Positions 38,076 through 49,143 of a stretch of DNA of 64,000 bases are shown here, one piece after another. Each line of letters begins with the position of its first letter. The stretch's first letter is position 1. The notes beneath the pieces are model-generated. The model searched no databases. It worked only from the letters and a program-made list of their open reading frames with translations, and was not told where the DNA came from. A program made the position numbers and the translations under genes. Source of the DNA: a bacterium (GTDB taxonomy: Bacteria > Actinomycetota > Acidimicrobiia > Spongiisociales > UBA5794); the NCBI GenBank assembly GCA_024228555.1, contig JAAETI010000243.1, forward strand, positions 24,528 to 88,527. The letters run 5' to 3'.

Positions 38076-38095
38076 AAATCACATAGATGTGATTT
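38076..38095. promoter_or_regulatory. perfect AT-rich 9-bp inverted repeat AAATCACAT-AG-ATGTGATTT upstream of smc
   Basis: It sits in the 70-nt fpg-smc gap and is the only strongly AT-rich palindrome in the window. Confidence 0.3.
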
Positions 38096-38116
38096 GCTTG
38101 GTAAACTCACGAAACC

Positions 38117-41100
38117 GTGTTTCTCAAGACCCTATCTCTCGCCGGATTCAAGTCCTTTGCGGACCGGACGCGCCTCGACTTCGAGGCTGGCGTCAATGTC
38201 GTCGTTGGGCCAAATGGGTCAGGTAAATCGAACCTCCTAGACGCCCTTGCTTGGGTGATGGGTACCCAAGCCACCCGGGCGTTGCGTACCGAGAAGATGG
38301 AGGATGTCATCTTTGCCGGCACTGCGACCCGACCTGCGTTGGGGCGTGCCGAGGTGACCGTCACTTTTGATAACTCGGATGAATTCCTGCCGATTGGGCT
38401 CAACGAAGTGCGTATGACCCGGCGTCTGTTCCGGGACGGAAGCTCAGAATACGAGCTGAACGGAGCACCGTGTCGCCTCATGGACCTGCACGAGTTGCTT
38501 TCGGACGGTGGTGTGGGCAGGAGCCAGCACGTTCTGGTGGGGCAGGGCCAGATCGGGTCGATTCTCAATGCCCGTCCTAACGAACACCGGGCGGTAATCG
38601 AAGAAGCAGCCGGTGTGACCAAGCACAAGAGCAGGCGCGACCGATCCGTGCGGCGCCTCGAGCAGACCGAAATCGACTTGTCGCGACTCAACGACATCCT
38701 TGATCAGCAACGGTCCCGGCTCCGACCTCTGAAGAGGCAGGCAAACGCTGCCGCCAGACACGGTTCGGTCAGAGAAGAGATCAGGGCACTCCACCTTTGG
38801 TTGGGTGGCGAGAAGCTGCGTGTCTTGCGCGAACGCCAGCACAATGCGTCGACCGAGCATCAGGCATTGACCGGTCACGTCGCCAAGGACGGCGGAGAAC
38901 TCGATGCGCTCAACCTCCAGCTAAACACTCTGCGCGACGAGGCCGGCGATGTTGGCACCGCACTGGAACGTGATACTTCGGCCGTCGCCCGTCTGGAGAC
39001 AGTTGCAGAACGCTTCCAGCGGATTGGGCTCGTTGCGAGGGAACGGCGCTTCTCCCTCGAGAGCCGACAGCGGGGGGCAGGCGAGCGCCGGGCCGACCTG
39101 GAGCTCGAACTTGCCGAACTGGAACAAGAGATTGCTGCTGCCCGTGCCGCCGAGACCTCAGCGACCGAGCTGACCGATCGGCGCGAGACAGTTCTGCGGC
39201 AACTCGAGGATGAGGAGCGATCACTCGCCGAGCAGACCCAGTTACCCGCCGAAGGTGTGGTAGCCAACTTGCGCGGCGACCTGCGGTCCCTGGAGAACGC
39301 GGCCGAGCGTGACGCAAAGGAGTCCGAGGCCTTGACCAGGAGGCGCGAGCTCATCACGGAGCGTCTCGCTGAAGAAGAGGGCGATGCCGCCACTCTGATT
39401 GGGGCCCTCCAAGAGACCGACGCTGCGGTCACCGGGGCCCAGCCCGCATACACGGCCGCAGGCGATGCGGCGGCTGTTGCTCGCGAAACGACCGACCGGG
39501 CGGACGTTGAGCTGAGGGACAAGCAGATAGCGGTGGCAGGAGCCAAAGCTCGCATTGAAGCCCTCGAATCAGCGCTTTCCGGACTAATCGATCCGGTTGC
39601 TCTGGAGCGGGCGGGTAGTGCCGACGGGGTCGTTGGTGCGCTGGTGAGCCGGCTCGATGTGCCGGCGGAACTTGCAGTCGCAGTTGACGGAGCGCTCGGC
39701 GAGTGGCGCGATGCATTTGTTGTCTCCAGCAGGACCGCGCTGCAGAGCGTGACCACAGCTATGAAGTCTGACGGCCTTGGTGGCGTCGGATTTGTTGCGG
39801 TCGATTCGAACGGAGTCTCAGACGCACGGGCGGTAGCAGCCGAGTGGGGTGTGGAGGCACTCATCGACCGGCTTGGTGAGAACGCAGATCAAGGAATTGC
39901 CTCCAGGTTGCTGGGTGACGTCGTCGTTGCGGAGGGATGGTCATCAGCTTGGGGCATAGTGTCCCGCCACCCCGAGGTGCGAGCGGTGACACCGGAAGGC
40001 GATGTGATTACTGCTGCCGGCATGCGATTGGCGCAACCGGATGGTGCCGGTCCCGCTGCTCTGGAAGCCGCAGGCGTCGCCCTGGAGCAAGCCGAGATCG
40101 ACCTGGCCCGAGCTGAGACGCTGCGGACGACCGCGGAACGAGAATTCGCAGTGTTGCGGGACCACGAACGGTTAGCCCTCGAGGCGCTCGAAACGCTCGA
40201 AGCGCGGCTCGCCGGACAAACCGAGGCGTTGGCTCTCACGGAGCGGGCGCGTGCGGTCAGTCATGAGGAATTGGAGCGGATCGATGCCAGAGCAAGCGGC
40301 ATTGCTGCTGCAGTCACCGGTCGTCAGGAAAGGCTCGGCGAGCTACGCACTCGTATCGCGGAGTTCGAGGGTGAAGAGAAGTCCCGTCAAGAGGCGTGGG
40401 AAGCGCTGAACCGGCGCCGTGACGAGGTGGCGCGTCGTCGCGATGAGGCGCGGCGGCTTCGTGAAGAGGTAGTTGCACAGCTTGCTTCCGTAGCTGAGCG
40501 GCGGCGGCTGCTCGAGAATCGTTGTGAGACCGCTAAAACCGACTTGGTTGCCGTTGACGACAGTCCGATTGACCCTGCGATGATCGAGCGTCTGGAGCGA
40601 ATCGAGGGTGATGCCAAGCGGGCGTTGCACGTAGTCCGCTCGCACATTGGTACGCTGCGAGAGCGCCAGTTGGCGTTGCGCAGCGAGATGGGCGAAGCCG
40701 ACGAGCGGCTTGCCGAGGCGTATGGGCGGCAGACAGAGCTCGAGACGGGGCTCTCGGCCGCAAAGGAACGCATCTCCACTCTTGCCATCGAGCTCGCCGA
40801 GATTGCCGTTCGTGACGAAGCTGTTGCCGAGGGTCTGCGGCGTGATGCCGACGTCACCGAAGAGATGGCGCTTGCCGCAACCCAGCCGGAAATCGACGAG
40901 GACACCAAACCCGAGGATCGTCTCCAGACTCTCGAAGCGCAGTTGCGGCGTATGGGCCCGATCAACCCGTTGGCCGCTCAGGAGTACGAGGAGCTTGCTG
41001 CTGGTGTGGAATTGCTCGAAGGGCAACTCGGCGACCTCGAGGAGTCACGAGCGGAGCTCCGCAAGGTGATCAAGGCTCTTGATGCCGAGATGGCGACCCT

Positions 41101-41575
41101 GTTCCATCAGGCCTTCGAAGAGATCTCTGCCTTCTACGAGGAGAATTTTGCTCTCGTGTTCCCCGGTGGCAAGGGGAAGCTGACGCTCACCGAGCCCGAC
41201 CAGATGCTCGAGACTGGTGTGGATATCGAGGCACAGCCGCATGGCAAGAAGGTTGGGAAATTGAGCTTGTTGTCAGGTGGCGAGAAGTCGCTGGCAGCAC
41301 TGGCATTCCTGTTCGCCGTGTTCCGGGCCCGACCCTCACCGTTCTATGTGCTTGACGAGGTGGAAGCAGCCCTAGACGACGCAAACCTGCGGCGATTCTT
41401 GCGCTTGGTGAGGACGCTTCGCGAGAGTGCTCAGGTTGTCATCATCACCCACCAGCAGCAGACCATGCAAGCCGCAGACATCCTCTATGGCGTGACGATG
41501 GAGCCGGGGGAGTCGTCCCAGGTGATCGCAAAGCGAATCCACGAGCGCGCCACCGCGAGTGACAACGCGGTGTGA
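38117..41575 (+). CDS. smc: chromosome segregation protein SMC
   Basis: MFLKTLSLAGFKSFADRTRL...GPNGSGKSN N-terminus, long coiled coils, and a C-terminal LSGGEKSLAALAF..DEVEAALD. Confidence 0.95.
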   Translation: MFLKTLSLAGFKSFADRTRLDFEAGVNVVVGPNGSGKSNLLDALAWVMGTQATRALRTEKMEDVIFAGTATRPALGRAEVTVTFDNSDEFLPIGLNEVRMTRRLFRDGSSEYELNGAPCRLMDLHELLSDGGVGRSQHVLVGQGQIGSILNARPNEHRAVIEEAAGVTKHKSRRDRSVRRLEQTEIDLSRLNDILDQQRSRLRPLKRQANAAARHGSVREEIRALHLWLGGEKLRVLRERQHNASTEHQALTGHVAKDGGELDALNLQLNTLRDEAGDVGTALERDTSAVARLETVAERFQRIGLVARERRFSLESRQRGAGERRADLELELAELEQEIAAARAAETSATELTDRRETVLRQLEDEERSLAEQTQLPAEGVVANLRGDLRSLENAAERDAKESEALTRRRELITERLAEEEGDAATLIGALQETDAAVTGAQPAYTAAGDAAAVARETTDRADVELRDKQIAVAGAKARIEALESALSGLIDPVALERAGSADGVVGALVSRLDVPAELAVAVDGALGEWRDAFVVSSRTALQSVTTAMKSDGLGGVGFVAVDSNGVSDARAVAAEWGVEALIDRLGENADQGIASRLLGDVVVAEGWSSAWGIVSRHPEVRAVTPEGDVITAAGMRLAQPDGAGPAALEAAGVALEQAEIDLARAETLRTTAEREFAVLRDHERLALEALETLEARLAGQTEALALTERARAVSHEELERIDARASGIAAAVTGRQERLGELRTRIAEFEGEEKSRQEAWEALNRRRDEVARRRDEARRLREEVVAQLASVAERRRLLENRCETAKTDLVAVDDSPIDPAMIERLERIEGDAKRALHVVRSHIGTLRERQLALRSEMGEADERLAEAYGRQTELETGLSAAKERISTLAIELAEIAVRDEAVAEGLRRDADVTEEMALAATQPEIDEDTKPEDRLQTLEAQLRRMGPINPLAAQEYEELAAGVELLEGQLGDLEESRAELRKVIKALDAEMATLFHQAFEEISAFYEENFALVFPGGKGKLTLTEPDQMLETGVDIEAQPHGKKVGKLSLLSGGEKSLAALAFLFAVFRARPSPFYVLDEVEAALDDANLRRFLRLVRTLRESAQVVIITHQQQTMQAADILYGVTMEPGESSQVIAKRIHERATASDNAV

Positions 41576-41589
41576 GGTTCGCCCGGCGA

Positions 41590-41611
41590 CCAGCTCCCGG
41601 GCAGGAGCTGG
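41590..41611 (+). terminator. candidate hairpin after smc (8-bp CCAGCTCC/GGAGCTGG stem), weak U-tract
   Basis: Stem halves at 41590-41597 and 41604-41611. Confidence 0.3.
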
Positions 41612-42014
41612 AGCGTGGTCTTGCGTCTCTACGGTCCCCTCGAACCCTGGTTCGACAAGACATGGAAGCCCGGTGACGTCGAAGCCGTGGATTAGTCGAG
41701 CTCGACGCTACGTCACGATGTCGCGATGACGCACCAGCAGCCGATCGATTGTTGGTAGTTCGTTATCGTTCAGTTTCGGATTCCCGGTGCGCCAGCGTTG
41801 CTGCCGCAAATGAACGCATGCCCCTCACTGGGCAGATGTGTGACAAGACGAGCCGCTGCACAACACGCAGTGCTTCGCCACCCAGATCAACGATTCCGGA
41901 GCGAGAACACCCACACAGCGCACGATGCCTCGGGGAGCGGTTCCCCATGCATCGGGTGCTATTCGTCTGGAGGCGACCTACCCCTTCAGGACGGCTTCTT
42001 CTATCGTGGTGACG

Positions 42015-42587
42015 ATGGATCCGATCGAGGCGCTTCACCGAGCGCACCAGGAGTTTGCCACCCGGGTGGAGATGGTTGCCGGCACTCAATGGGAGTATCA
42101 GAGTGCCTGTGACGAGTGGACTGTGGGAGACCTCGTCGATCATGTTATAGGAGGCAACGTATTCACGACCAAGGTGTTGCGAGGTGCGACGGCGGACGCT
42201 GCCATGGAAGCGGCAGTACTTGTCGCCGAATCATCGGTGGGCGACAGGGAGGCTGCCTATCGGGCAACCGCTACCGAGATGCTCGAGCTCTTTGATTCAG
42301 AGTACGTTGCGGACCGGGTTTACCACCATGCCAGCGGTGAGGTATCCGGGCGAGTCGTGGTCGCTCTACGCACCAACGACATCGCGTTGCACGCATGGGA
42401 TCTGGCGCACAGCATTGGTGTTGCCGAGTATCTGGACCCCGCGGTGGTAGAGGTGGTGTGGAAGAACATGTCCCCACACGCCGATGACCTTGCCGCCAGT
42501 GGCCGCTTTGGCAAAGGTGCGAGCGGTGATCTCGGGGAAGAAGCTCCATTGCAGGACCGATTGCTCGACATCTCTGGCCGCCGCTAG
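42015..42587 (+). CDS. mycothiol-dependent maleylpyruvate-isomerase-N-terminal-like (DinB_2/TIGR03083-like) protein
   Basis: MDPIEALHRAHQEF...WTVGDLVDHVIGGN pattern is typical of this actinobacterial family. Confidence 0.6.
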   Translation: MDPIEALHRAHQEFATRVEMVAGTQWEYQSACDEWTVGDLVDHVIGGNVFTTKVLRGATADAAMEAAVLVAESSVGDREAAYRATATEMLELFDSEYVADRVYHHASGEVSGRVVVALRTNDIALHAWDLAHSIGVAEYLDPAVVEVVWKNMSPHADDLAASGRFGKGASGDLGEEAPLQDRLLDISGRR

Positions 42588-42888
42588 AAATGATCGCGCC
42601 AAACGTGACCACGGTTGGCAAACTCGTAATTGCAGTCCGAGAACACCCTGATCCTGCGCCATAACGCACGCCTTGCCAAACCACGCATACCGGCACCTAG
42701 CGCTCGGGGTGGCGAACGCCGACCGTGACGGTCATAGTCCCGAAGACCCCATCTGTCGGCCGGATTTGGGGACGCGGTCGTCGCTCGATGATGTGTGGCG
42801 ATAGCCATAGCGCTGTCGGACGATGCCGCATAGGCTGCGGAGTAGCGCACTAACCTGCGGCTGATTCTGCCGCCCGGAGGTCCCTGTA

Positions 42889-43893
42889 ATGGAATTTGTC
42901 TATATCGCTGTCGCGCTCGTGATCATCGGGCTGGTTGTGTTCTGGTTCATCAGGTCACGCGACACCGATGCGCCGACGGCTCCAGCTGCGACTGCCGCAC
43001 CAACGGCGACCCGCAGCCTGCGTGATCGTCTGGCCAAGACCCGTGGTGCGCTTTCGGATCGGCTCGGTGGTGTGTTGTCCGGCGGCAAGCTCGATGACGA
43101 GTTCTGGTCGGACATCGAGGATTCGCTCGTAGCCGCCGACGTCGGTGTTGCCGCAGCCAGCTCCGCGGTTGCCGCCGTACGCAAACGTGGTGTCGAGGAC
43201 CCAGCAGACGTCCGCGGCTTGCTTGCAGATGAGCTCGTTTCGCTGCTCGGTGGAGAGGATCGGGGGTTGGCGAAGACCGCGTCACCGTCAGTGCTGCTGG
43301 TAGTCGGCGTCAACGGCAGCGGGAAGACAACCACCATTGCCAAGTTGGCTCAGCAGCTCAGCACGCCCGAATCGCCGGTGCTGCTTGGCGCCGCCGATAC
43401 CTTCCGGGCAGCCGCCGCCGATCAGCTCAAGACGTGGGCGAACCGGATCGGCGTCGACATCGTCACCGGACAAAGCGGCGCTGACCCCGCATCCGTTGCC
43501 TATGACTCGTATCACGCAGCGAAGGCGAGAGGTGCCGGGATCGTGATGGTCGACACCGCCGGCCGCCTCCACTCCAAGTCCAACCTGATGGATGAACTCG
43601 GGAAAGTTGCCCGTGTGCTGCGCCGTGAAGCCGGAGAGATCGACGAGGTCCTGCTGGTCCTCGACGGAACAACGGGGCAGAACGCAATCGACCAGGCAAA
43701 GGCGTTCACCGATGTCGTCGGAGTCTCCGGGATCGTCCTCACCAAGCTCGACGGGACGGCCCGTGGTGGTGTAGCCATCGCCGTCGAACAGGACCTTGGG
43801 ATCCCGGTGAAGTACATCGGTGTCGGGGAAGGTGTCGAAGACCTGATACCGTTCCAGCCGGAGGCCTTTGTCGACGCCCTCCTAGGAACATGA
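42889..43893 (+). CDS. ftsY: signal recognition particle receptor FtsY
   Basis: N-terminal TM/acidic region, SRP GTPase motifs GVNGSGKTTT and DTAGR, and a TKLDGTARGG motif. Confidence 0.9.
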   Translation: MEFVYIAVALVIIGLVVFWFIRSRDTDAPTAPAATAAPTATRSLRDRLAKTRGALSDRLGGVLSGGKLDDEFWSDIEDSLVAADVGVAAASSAVAAVRKRGVEDPADVRGLLADELVSLLGGEDRGLAKTASPSVLLVVGVNGSGKTTTIAKLAQQLSTPESPVLLGAADTFRAAAADQLKTWANRIGVDIVTGQSGADPASVAYDSYHAAKARGAGIVMVDTAGRLHSKSNLMDELGKVARVLRREAGEIDEVLLVLDGTTGQNAIDQAKAFTDVVGVSGIVLTKLDGTARGGVAIAVEQDLGIPVKYIGVGEGVEDLIPFQPEAFVDALLGT

Positions 43894-44282
43894 ACGAAGA
43901 GCTCTACGACAAGGCGAGGGACGCTGCGGCAAACGCCTACGCCCCGTATTCCAACTTCCATGTGGGGGCCGTCGTCGTTGCCGATGACGGACGGGTATTC
44001 GAAGGCTGCAACGTTGAGAACGCCGCCTACGGTTCGGGTATATGTGCCGAGGGCAACGCCATCAGCTCTGCCGCGGCGTCCGGCGTCCGCAAGATAGATA
44101 CCGTCGTTATTGCCTGCCTTGATGCAGGGGAGTGCTATCCGTGCGGCAATTGCCGGCAACTCATGCGGGAATTCTCCGTCGACACCGTCGTCGTTCAGGA
44201 CGGAAGCGGAGCGCTGCGGGTGCACTCGTTCGACGAGATTTTGCCCCATTCCTTTGGCCCAGATTCCCTTGGGGATGGCTGA
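43890..44282 (+). CDS. cdd: cytidine deaminase
   Basis: CAEGNAI and PCGNCRQ zinc-binding motifs, 130 aa. Confidence 0.85.
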   Translation: MNEELYDKARDAAANAYAPYSNFHVGAVVVADDGRVFEGCNVENAAYGSGICAEGNAISSAAASGVRKIDTVVIACLDAGECYPCGNCRQLMREFSVDTVVVQDGSGALRVHSFDEILPHSFGPDSLGDG

Positions 44283-44324
44283 TAAAGGACTAAGTTCCTC
44301 GTCAGAGTTACCGACAATCACTTT

Positions 44325-44606
44325 ATGGGTAATAAGAGCGGACGCGATTTCGTTGAGGGCTGGCTTAGCCCCTGGACTCGCAACATGATGTTGGTTGTCG
44401 GTTTCGGCCTCGTCGTATTCAGCCTGTTCACCATCTGGAGCGGTATCAACGCCAACGATGGGTCAGCCATCGTTGCTGGAGTTGGTGTCGGATTCGTTGG
44501 TTGGTTGATCTCGACCCTGGTCCCTGATCCCGTGCCGGCGCCACGCAAGTCAATGCGGCGTCGTGCAGCGATGCTCGCCCGCGTTGGCGGACACCAGTTG
44601 CCGTAG
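44325..44606 (+). CDS. small 2-TM membrane protein
   Basis: Hydrophobic 93-aa ORF. Confidence 0.4.
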   Translation: MGNKSGRDFVEGWLSPWTRNMMLVVGFGLVVFSLFTIWSGINANDGSAIVAGVGVGFVGWLISTLVPDPVPAPRKSMRRRAAMLARVGGHQLP

Positions 44607-44669
44607 CGAGCTCGAAGCCGAACCCGGCGGCGGGCTCGTTTTGCTCGTCCCGACCACTAGGTTGGACTC

Positions 44670-45113
44670 GTGATCCGACAGATCGACGCCCTTCCGATTG
44701 ATATTGACGCCCTCGTCAGCGCCGCCGACGCCGAGGGTCTTGGGATGGTCGACCAGCTTGTCACCGACTTCGTGAGCGGTGCGAATAGATTCGATCAACT
44801 GGGTGAGGGGCTCTGGGTCGCTGAGGAGCACCACCGCCTCATCGGCGTTTGCGGACTCAACCAAGACCCGTTTGCCCGATCCGAAGAGAACGCCGGCAGA
44901 GTCCGCCGACTGTACGTCATACCGCAGTGGCGCAAAAAGGGCGCTGCCTCGCAGCTGGCGGACGCTGTTGAGCTTCATGCTCGTAAACACTTCGCTCTGT
45001 TGACCGCATTCACCTCAGACCCCGCTGCCCGCGCTTTTTACGAGGCGCGCGGCTACGAGACGGTGGTTGGAGTGAACAAGCGTTCCTTCCAACTGTGTCT
45101 CAACCAGCTCTAA
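44670..45113 (+). CDS. GNAT family N-acetyltransferase
   Basis: RRLYVIPQWRKKGAASQL acetyl-CoA-binding motif. Confidence 0.75.
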   Translation: MIRQIDALPIDIDALVSAADAEGLGMVDQLVTDFVSGANRFDQLGEGLWVAEEHHRLIGVCGLNQDPFARSEENAGRVRRLYVIPQWRKKGAASQLADAVELHARKHFALLTAFTSDPAARAFYEARGYETVVGVNKRSFQLCLNQL

Positions 45114-46063
45114 CGAGCCTCGAGAGCCGAGATCAGAGCTGGCATAACCTTGTGTACATCGCCGACGATGCCGAGGTCGGCAACCGAGAAGATTGGTGCC
45201 TCAGCGTCTTTGTTGATAGCGATGATGGTGGATGAGTCTTTCATACCAACCAGGTGCTGCATTGCACCACTGATACCGCATGCGATGTAGACATCGGGCT
45301 TGACGGTCTTACCAGTCTGGCCGATCTGAAGTGAGTAGGGCACCCAACCTGCATCGACAACAGCTCGAGTTGCGCCAACCGCTCCACCGAGCAGACCGGC
45401 GAGCTTCGTGACGGATTCCCACTTGTCGTCCGCACCGCCCATGCCGCGACCGCCGCCGATGACGATCGATGCCGCTTCGAGATCAGGGCCGTCGCTCTCC
45501 TCGACGTGACGTTCCAAGACGACAGCCGAACCGGCGTGTCCAACATCGGGCACCTCAACCGCAACAACCTCAGGGCTGCCGCCATCGCCGCGCTCTGCGG
45601 AGAACGCCTTGGGGCGGGCAACCACGATGACCCGACCTGTAGTAGCGGCGGTCATCACCTTGGTGGTACCACCGAGTATTTCGTTGGTGACGATGACCTG
45701 GTCGCCGGTGGGGTCGATGTCGGTGGCATTGGAAAGGACGGGGCTTCCCGTGCGAGCGCTGAGCCGGCCGGCAACGTCACGCTCGGTACTCCCCATACCA
45801 AAGAGCAGCAGATCCGAGCTTGCGCCTTCGACCAGATTGGCCAAGGCCGCCGCGGCCAGCGGTGCCGGCAACGCATCGCCGGTGTCGAGATGGTGGACTG
45901 TCGATGCGCCGTGTGCGCCTAGCGCCGCAAACGCGGCGTCATTGCCGACACCGACATAGAGCACTGCGGTGTCGCCCCACCCGCGTGCCTTGCTGAGGAG
46001 CTCAAGCGATGACGAACTCGGTGCTCCATCGACTTCTTCGCAAAATACCCAGGTAGTCATCAA
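45110..46063 (-). CDS. etfA: electron transfer flavoprotein subunit alpha
   Basis: FAD-binding region [27 protein letters not shown]. Confidence 0.9.
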   Translation of the reverse strand: MMTTWVFCEEVDGAPSSSSLELLSKARGWGDTAVLYVGVGNDAAFAALGAHGASTVHHLDTGDALPAPLAAAALANLVEGASSDLLLFGMGSTERDVAGRLSARTGSPVLSNATDIDPTGDQVIVTNEILGGTTKVMTAATTGRVIVVARPKAFSAERGDGGSPEVVAVEVPDVGHAGSAVVLERHVEESDGPDLEAASIVIGGGRGMGGADDKWESVTKLAGLLGGAVGATRAVVDAGWVPYSLQIGQTGKTVKPDVYIACGISGAMQHLVGMKDSSTIIAINKDAEAPIFSVADLGIVGDVHKVMPALISALEAR

Positions 46064-46833
46064 ATCACCTTCGCTTCTTCGAGCTTTGCAACGATCTTGA
46101 GGTAGCCCTCGCCCTCGTCCTCGACAATCTCCCCGGCCTGACGAGCCGGGATGGGCTCCACAGACTGGATTATCTGCTGCGACACGGGCTCAACACCGAG
46201 GTCGGCGCACGTCTTGGTTTCAACAGGCTTCTTCTTCGCCTGCATGATCCCCTTGAAGTTGGGATAGCGAGGCTCGACAACGCCGGAGGTGACCGTGAGT
46301 AGCGCAGGCAAGCTTGCCTCGACCACGTTGTAGCCAGCCTGAGTCTGACGTTCGACGCGAATCTTGTCGCCATCCCTTTCGACCTTGCGGGCAAAGCTCA
46401 GGCTGGGGACATCGAGAAGTTCTGCAAGCTGTTGCGGCATGACGCCCGCATAGCCATCGGTCGACTCGGTACCGGCAATCACCAGATCGAAGCCGTCCTC
46501 CTTGAGAGCGGCGGCCAACACCTTTGCAGTGGTTAACGCATCGGCGCCACGCAGCGACCCATCATCGATGATGATGGCGCGATCGGCACCCATCGCTAGT
46601 GCTTGGCGGATGCCTTGCAGGGTGCCCGATGGTGACATCGAGACGAGCGTCAGGGTGGCGTCCTCGCCGATCTCCTCGACGAGTTGGAGACCAACCTCTA
46701 CTCCGTAGCGGTCGGTGTCGTCGAGGACCTGATCGTCTGGTCTGGCAACGAAATTGGTTCCGGGATCCAACTCATATGGTGTGGCTGGATCAGGTATCTG
46801 CTTCACGCAGACGGCAATCTTCATCTCTGGCAT
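46060..46833 (-). CDS. etfB: electron transfer flavoprotein subunit beta
   Basis: MKIAVCVKQIPD start. Its stop overlaps the etfA start. Confidence 0.9.
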   Translation of the reverse strand: MPEMKIAVCVKQIPDPATPYELDPGTNFVARPDDQVLDDTDRYGVEVGLQLVEEIGEDATLTLVSMSPSGTLQGIRQALAMGADRAIIIDDGSLRGADALTTAKVLAAALKEDGFDLVIAGTESTDGYAGVMPQQLAELLDVPSLSFARKVERDGDKIRVERQTQAGYNVVEASLPALLTVTSGVVEPRYPNFKGIMQAKKKPVETKTCADLGVEPVSQQIIQSVEPIPARQAGEIVEDEGEGYLKIVAKLEEAKVI

Positions 46834-46864
46834 CTCCTCAAGCGAAGTTCCCGCAGATGATACT

Positions 46865-47716
46865 TCAGTTCGAAACAGGCTCGGAGATCAGCGCCGGCAG
46901 CAAGGTGTTGATGAGTTGGGTGAACTTGGCTTTGGCCAATTCGGCCGCTTCTTGCACCTCTTCATGGGTAACCGGTTGGTTAGATGCTCCGGCCGCAAGA
47001 TTGGTGACCAGCGAGATTGCGCCGACTCTTCGACCCATATGGGCAAGAGCAACGGCCTCCGGGACTGTTGACATACCGACCAGGTCACCACCCATACGTC
47101 GCACCATCTCGATCTCGGCCGGGGTCTCGTATGACGGGCCGGTAAACCAGGTGTAGACGCCTTCTTTGTACGCAACACCAGCCGCATCGAAAGCCATCTT
47201 CATCTCGGAACGGAGTGCGCTGCTGTAGGCATCGCTGACGTCGGGGAAGCGGGTTCCAAGACGCTTGTCGTTGGCACCGATCAGCGGATTCTGCCCGGTG
47301 AGGTTGATGTGGTCGCTCAGGGCTACCAGGTCGCCCACCGAGAGACCGCGCCTGACTCCACCACAAGCATTCGTCAGTAGCACTGTGTGACAGCCGGCCA
47401 TGGCTGCGGCCCTGACGCCGAAGACGACATCGAAGAGATCCCAACCCTCGTAGAAGTGCACGCGGCCAGAGAAGACCAGGGCACCTTTGCCTGCAACGTC
47501 GATCGAGTACAACGTCCCGGAATGGCCCTCCACCCGTGGTGTTGGGAAGTGGGGGATCTTTGTATACGGGATCGCTACTGCGTTTGGCAGAGCGGCCGCA
47601 TAATCGCCCAGTCCCGATCCGAGAACCAGCGCCGCCGAGTGCTCTTTCCGACCTGACAGATCGGCGATAGCTGCAGCAGCTTCTTCGAGTTGTTCGTAGC
47701 CCACGTAAGCCTCCAT
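46865..47716 (-). CDS. punA: purine nucleoside phosphorylase (PunA/trimeric PNP type)
   Basis: ALVLGSGLG ... HSGTLYS ... SGRVHFYEGW motifs. Confidence 0.85.
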   Translation of the reverse strand: MEAYVGYEQLEEAAAAIADLSGRKEHSAALVLGSGLGDYAAALPNAVAIPYTKIPHFPTPRVEGHSGTLYSIDVAGKGALVFSGRVHFYEGWDLFDVVFGVRAAAMAGCHTVLLTNACGGVRRGLSVGDLVALSDHINLTGQNPLIGANDKRLGTRFPDVSDAYSSALRSEMKMAFDAAGVAYKEGVYTWFTGPSYETPAEIEMVRRMGGDLVGMSTVPEAVALAHMGRRVGAISLVTNLAAGASNQPVTHEEVQEAAELAKAKFTQLINTLLPALISEPVSN

Positions 47717-47777
47717 GATCCGCTTCTCACACGGAAGTCAGGCTAGTCCACGGGACGTTGCGAAACCGGTTGGTCGG

Positions 47778-49088
47778 TCAGTCGATGCGGCTGATGACCA
47801 GTTCTGGCTTGTCAACCGAATCGCCGATACTCCACGCTCTACTGAGGAGTGGCTTGGCTGCTTCGAGTCTGGCTTCATCGCTGTAGGCGATGGTCGCCAG
47901 CGGTTGTCCCTTGTCGACCTTGTCACCAAGTTTGGCGTGGATTGAGATGCTGACCCCGGGATCGACCTCGTCCTCCTTGCGGGATCGGCCCGCCCCCAGC
48001 CTCACACCGGCGTTGCCGATGTCAAGAGCATCGCACTTGGCAACGTAGCCTTCTGTGGGTGCCACCAGTTCGTAGCGCAGCGGAGCCATTGCCAGAAGTG
48101 AGCGGTCCTCGGCCACGGCCGGGTTGCCGTCCTGGGCAACGATGACTTCTTGGAACTTCTCCATGGCGGCTCCCGTGTCGACAGCCTTCTTGAGACGGGC
48201 AAGAGCACTCTGCCGATCGGTATCGATCCCGCCAAGGACGAGCATGTCGGCGCCGAGGCTGTAGGTGAGTTCAACCACGTCTGCCGGGCCGCCCCCAGCC
48301 AGCACATCAAGTGATTCGGCGATTTCGTTGGCGTTCCCTACCTCGACGCCTAGAGGCTGATCCATTCCGGTCAACGTGGCAACAACCTTGGTTCCATGCG
48401 AAGCCCCGATGCCGACCATCGTCTCGGCGAGCACAGTGGCCTCTGCCGCGTTCTTCATGAACGCACCCGAACCTGTCTTGACGTCCAGAACGAGTCCGTT
48501 GATGCCTTCCGCCAGCTTCTTTGACATGATCGAAGAAGCGATCAGGGGGAGTGAAGGCACGGTTCCGGTTCCGTCGCGCAGGGCGTAGATACGTTTGTCG
48601 GCCGGCGCCATCGTTTCGGATTGACCGCCGAGCACGAGGCCGAGACGTTCGACGATCTCGACGAACTCCTTCTTATCCAGACGGGTCCGGAACCCGGGGA
48701 TGGACTCGAGTTTGTCCAAGGTCCCACCGGTGTGGCCAAGACCACGGCCAGACATCATCGGAACCGCAACTCCGCATGCAGCAACCATGGGTGCCAGCGG
48801 AATGCTGATCTTGTCGCCCACGCCGCCTGTGGAGTGCTTGTCGATCTTGGCGGATGCGATGTTGCTGAGATCCAGAACCTCGCCCGATTGCAGCATGGCC
48901 TCTGTCCACGGGCCGAGTTCCTCCGCATTGAATCCGCGGATGAAGATGGCCATCAAGAGAGATGACATCTGATAATCGGGGATGTGATCTGCGGTGTATT
49001 CAGAGATGATCCACTGCAGTTCGTCGGGAAGCAGAGTCCCGTTGTCCCGCTTGCGCTCGATGAGTTCGATGATTGAGTGGTGCTTCAT
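47778..49088 (-). CDS. deoA: thymidine/pyrimidine-nucleoside phosphorylase
   Basis: IIELIERKRDNG and HSTGGVGDK signatures. Confidence 0.9.
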   Translation of the reverse strand: MKHHSIIELIERKRDNGTLLPDELQWIISEYTADHIPDYQMSSLLMAIFIRGFNAEELGPWTEAMLQSGEVLDLSNIASAKIDKHSTGGVGDKISIPLAPMVAACGVAVPMMSGRGLGHTGGTLDKLESIPGFRTRLDKKEFVEIVERLGLVLGGQSETMAPADKRIYALRDGTGTVPSLPLIASSIMSKKLAEGINGLVLDVKTGSGAFMKNAAEATVLAETMVGIGASHGTKVVATLTGMDQPLGVEVGNANEIAESLDVLAGGGPADVVELTYSLGADMLVLGGIDTDRQSALARLKKAVDTGAAMEKFQEVIVAQDGNPAVAEDRSLLAMAPLRYELVAPTEGYVAKCDALDIGNAGVRLGAGRSRKEDEVDPGVSISIHAKLGDKVDKGQPLATIAYSDEARLEAAKPLLSRAWSIGDSVDKPELVISRID

Positions 49089-49143
49089 GCCCCGATTATG
49101 GCCGAGGTTCAGCTATCTGGAGAGTCCCATATTGTGGGATGCG

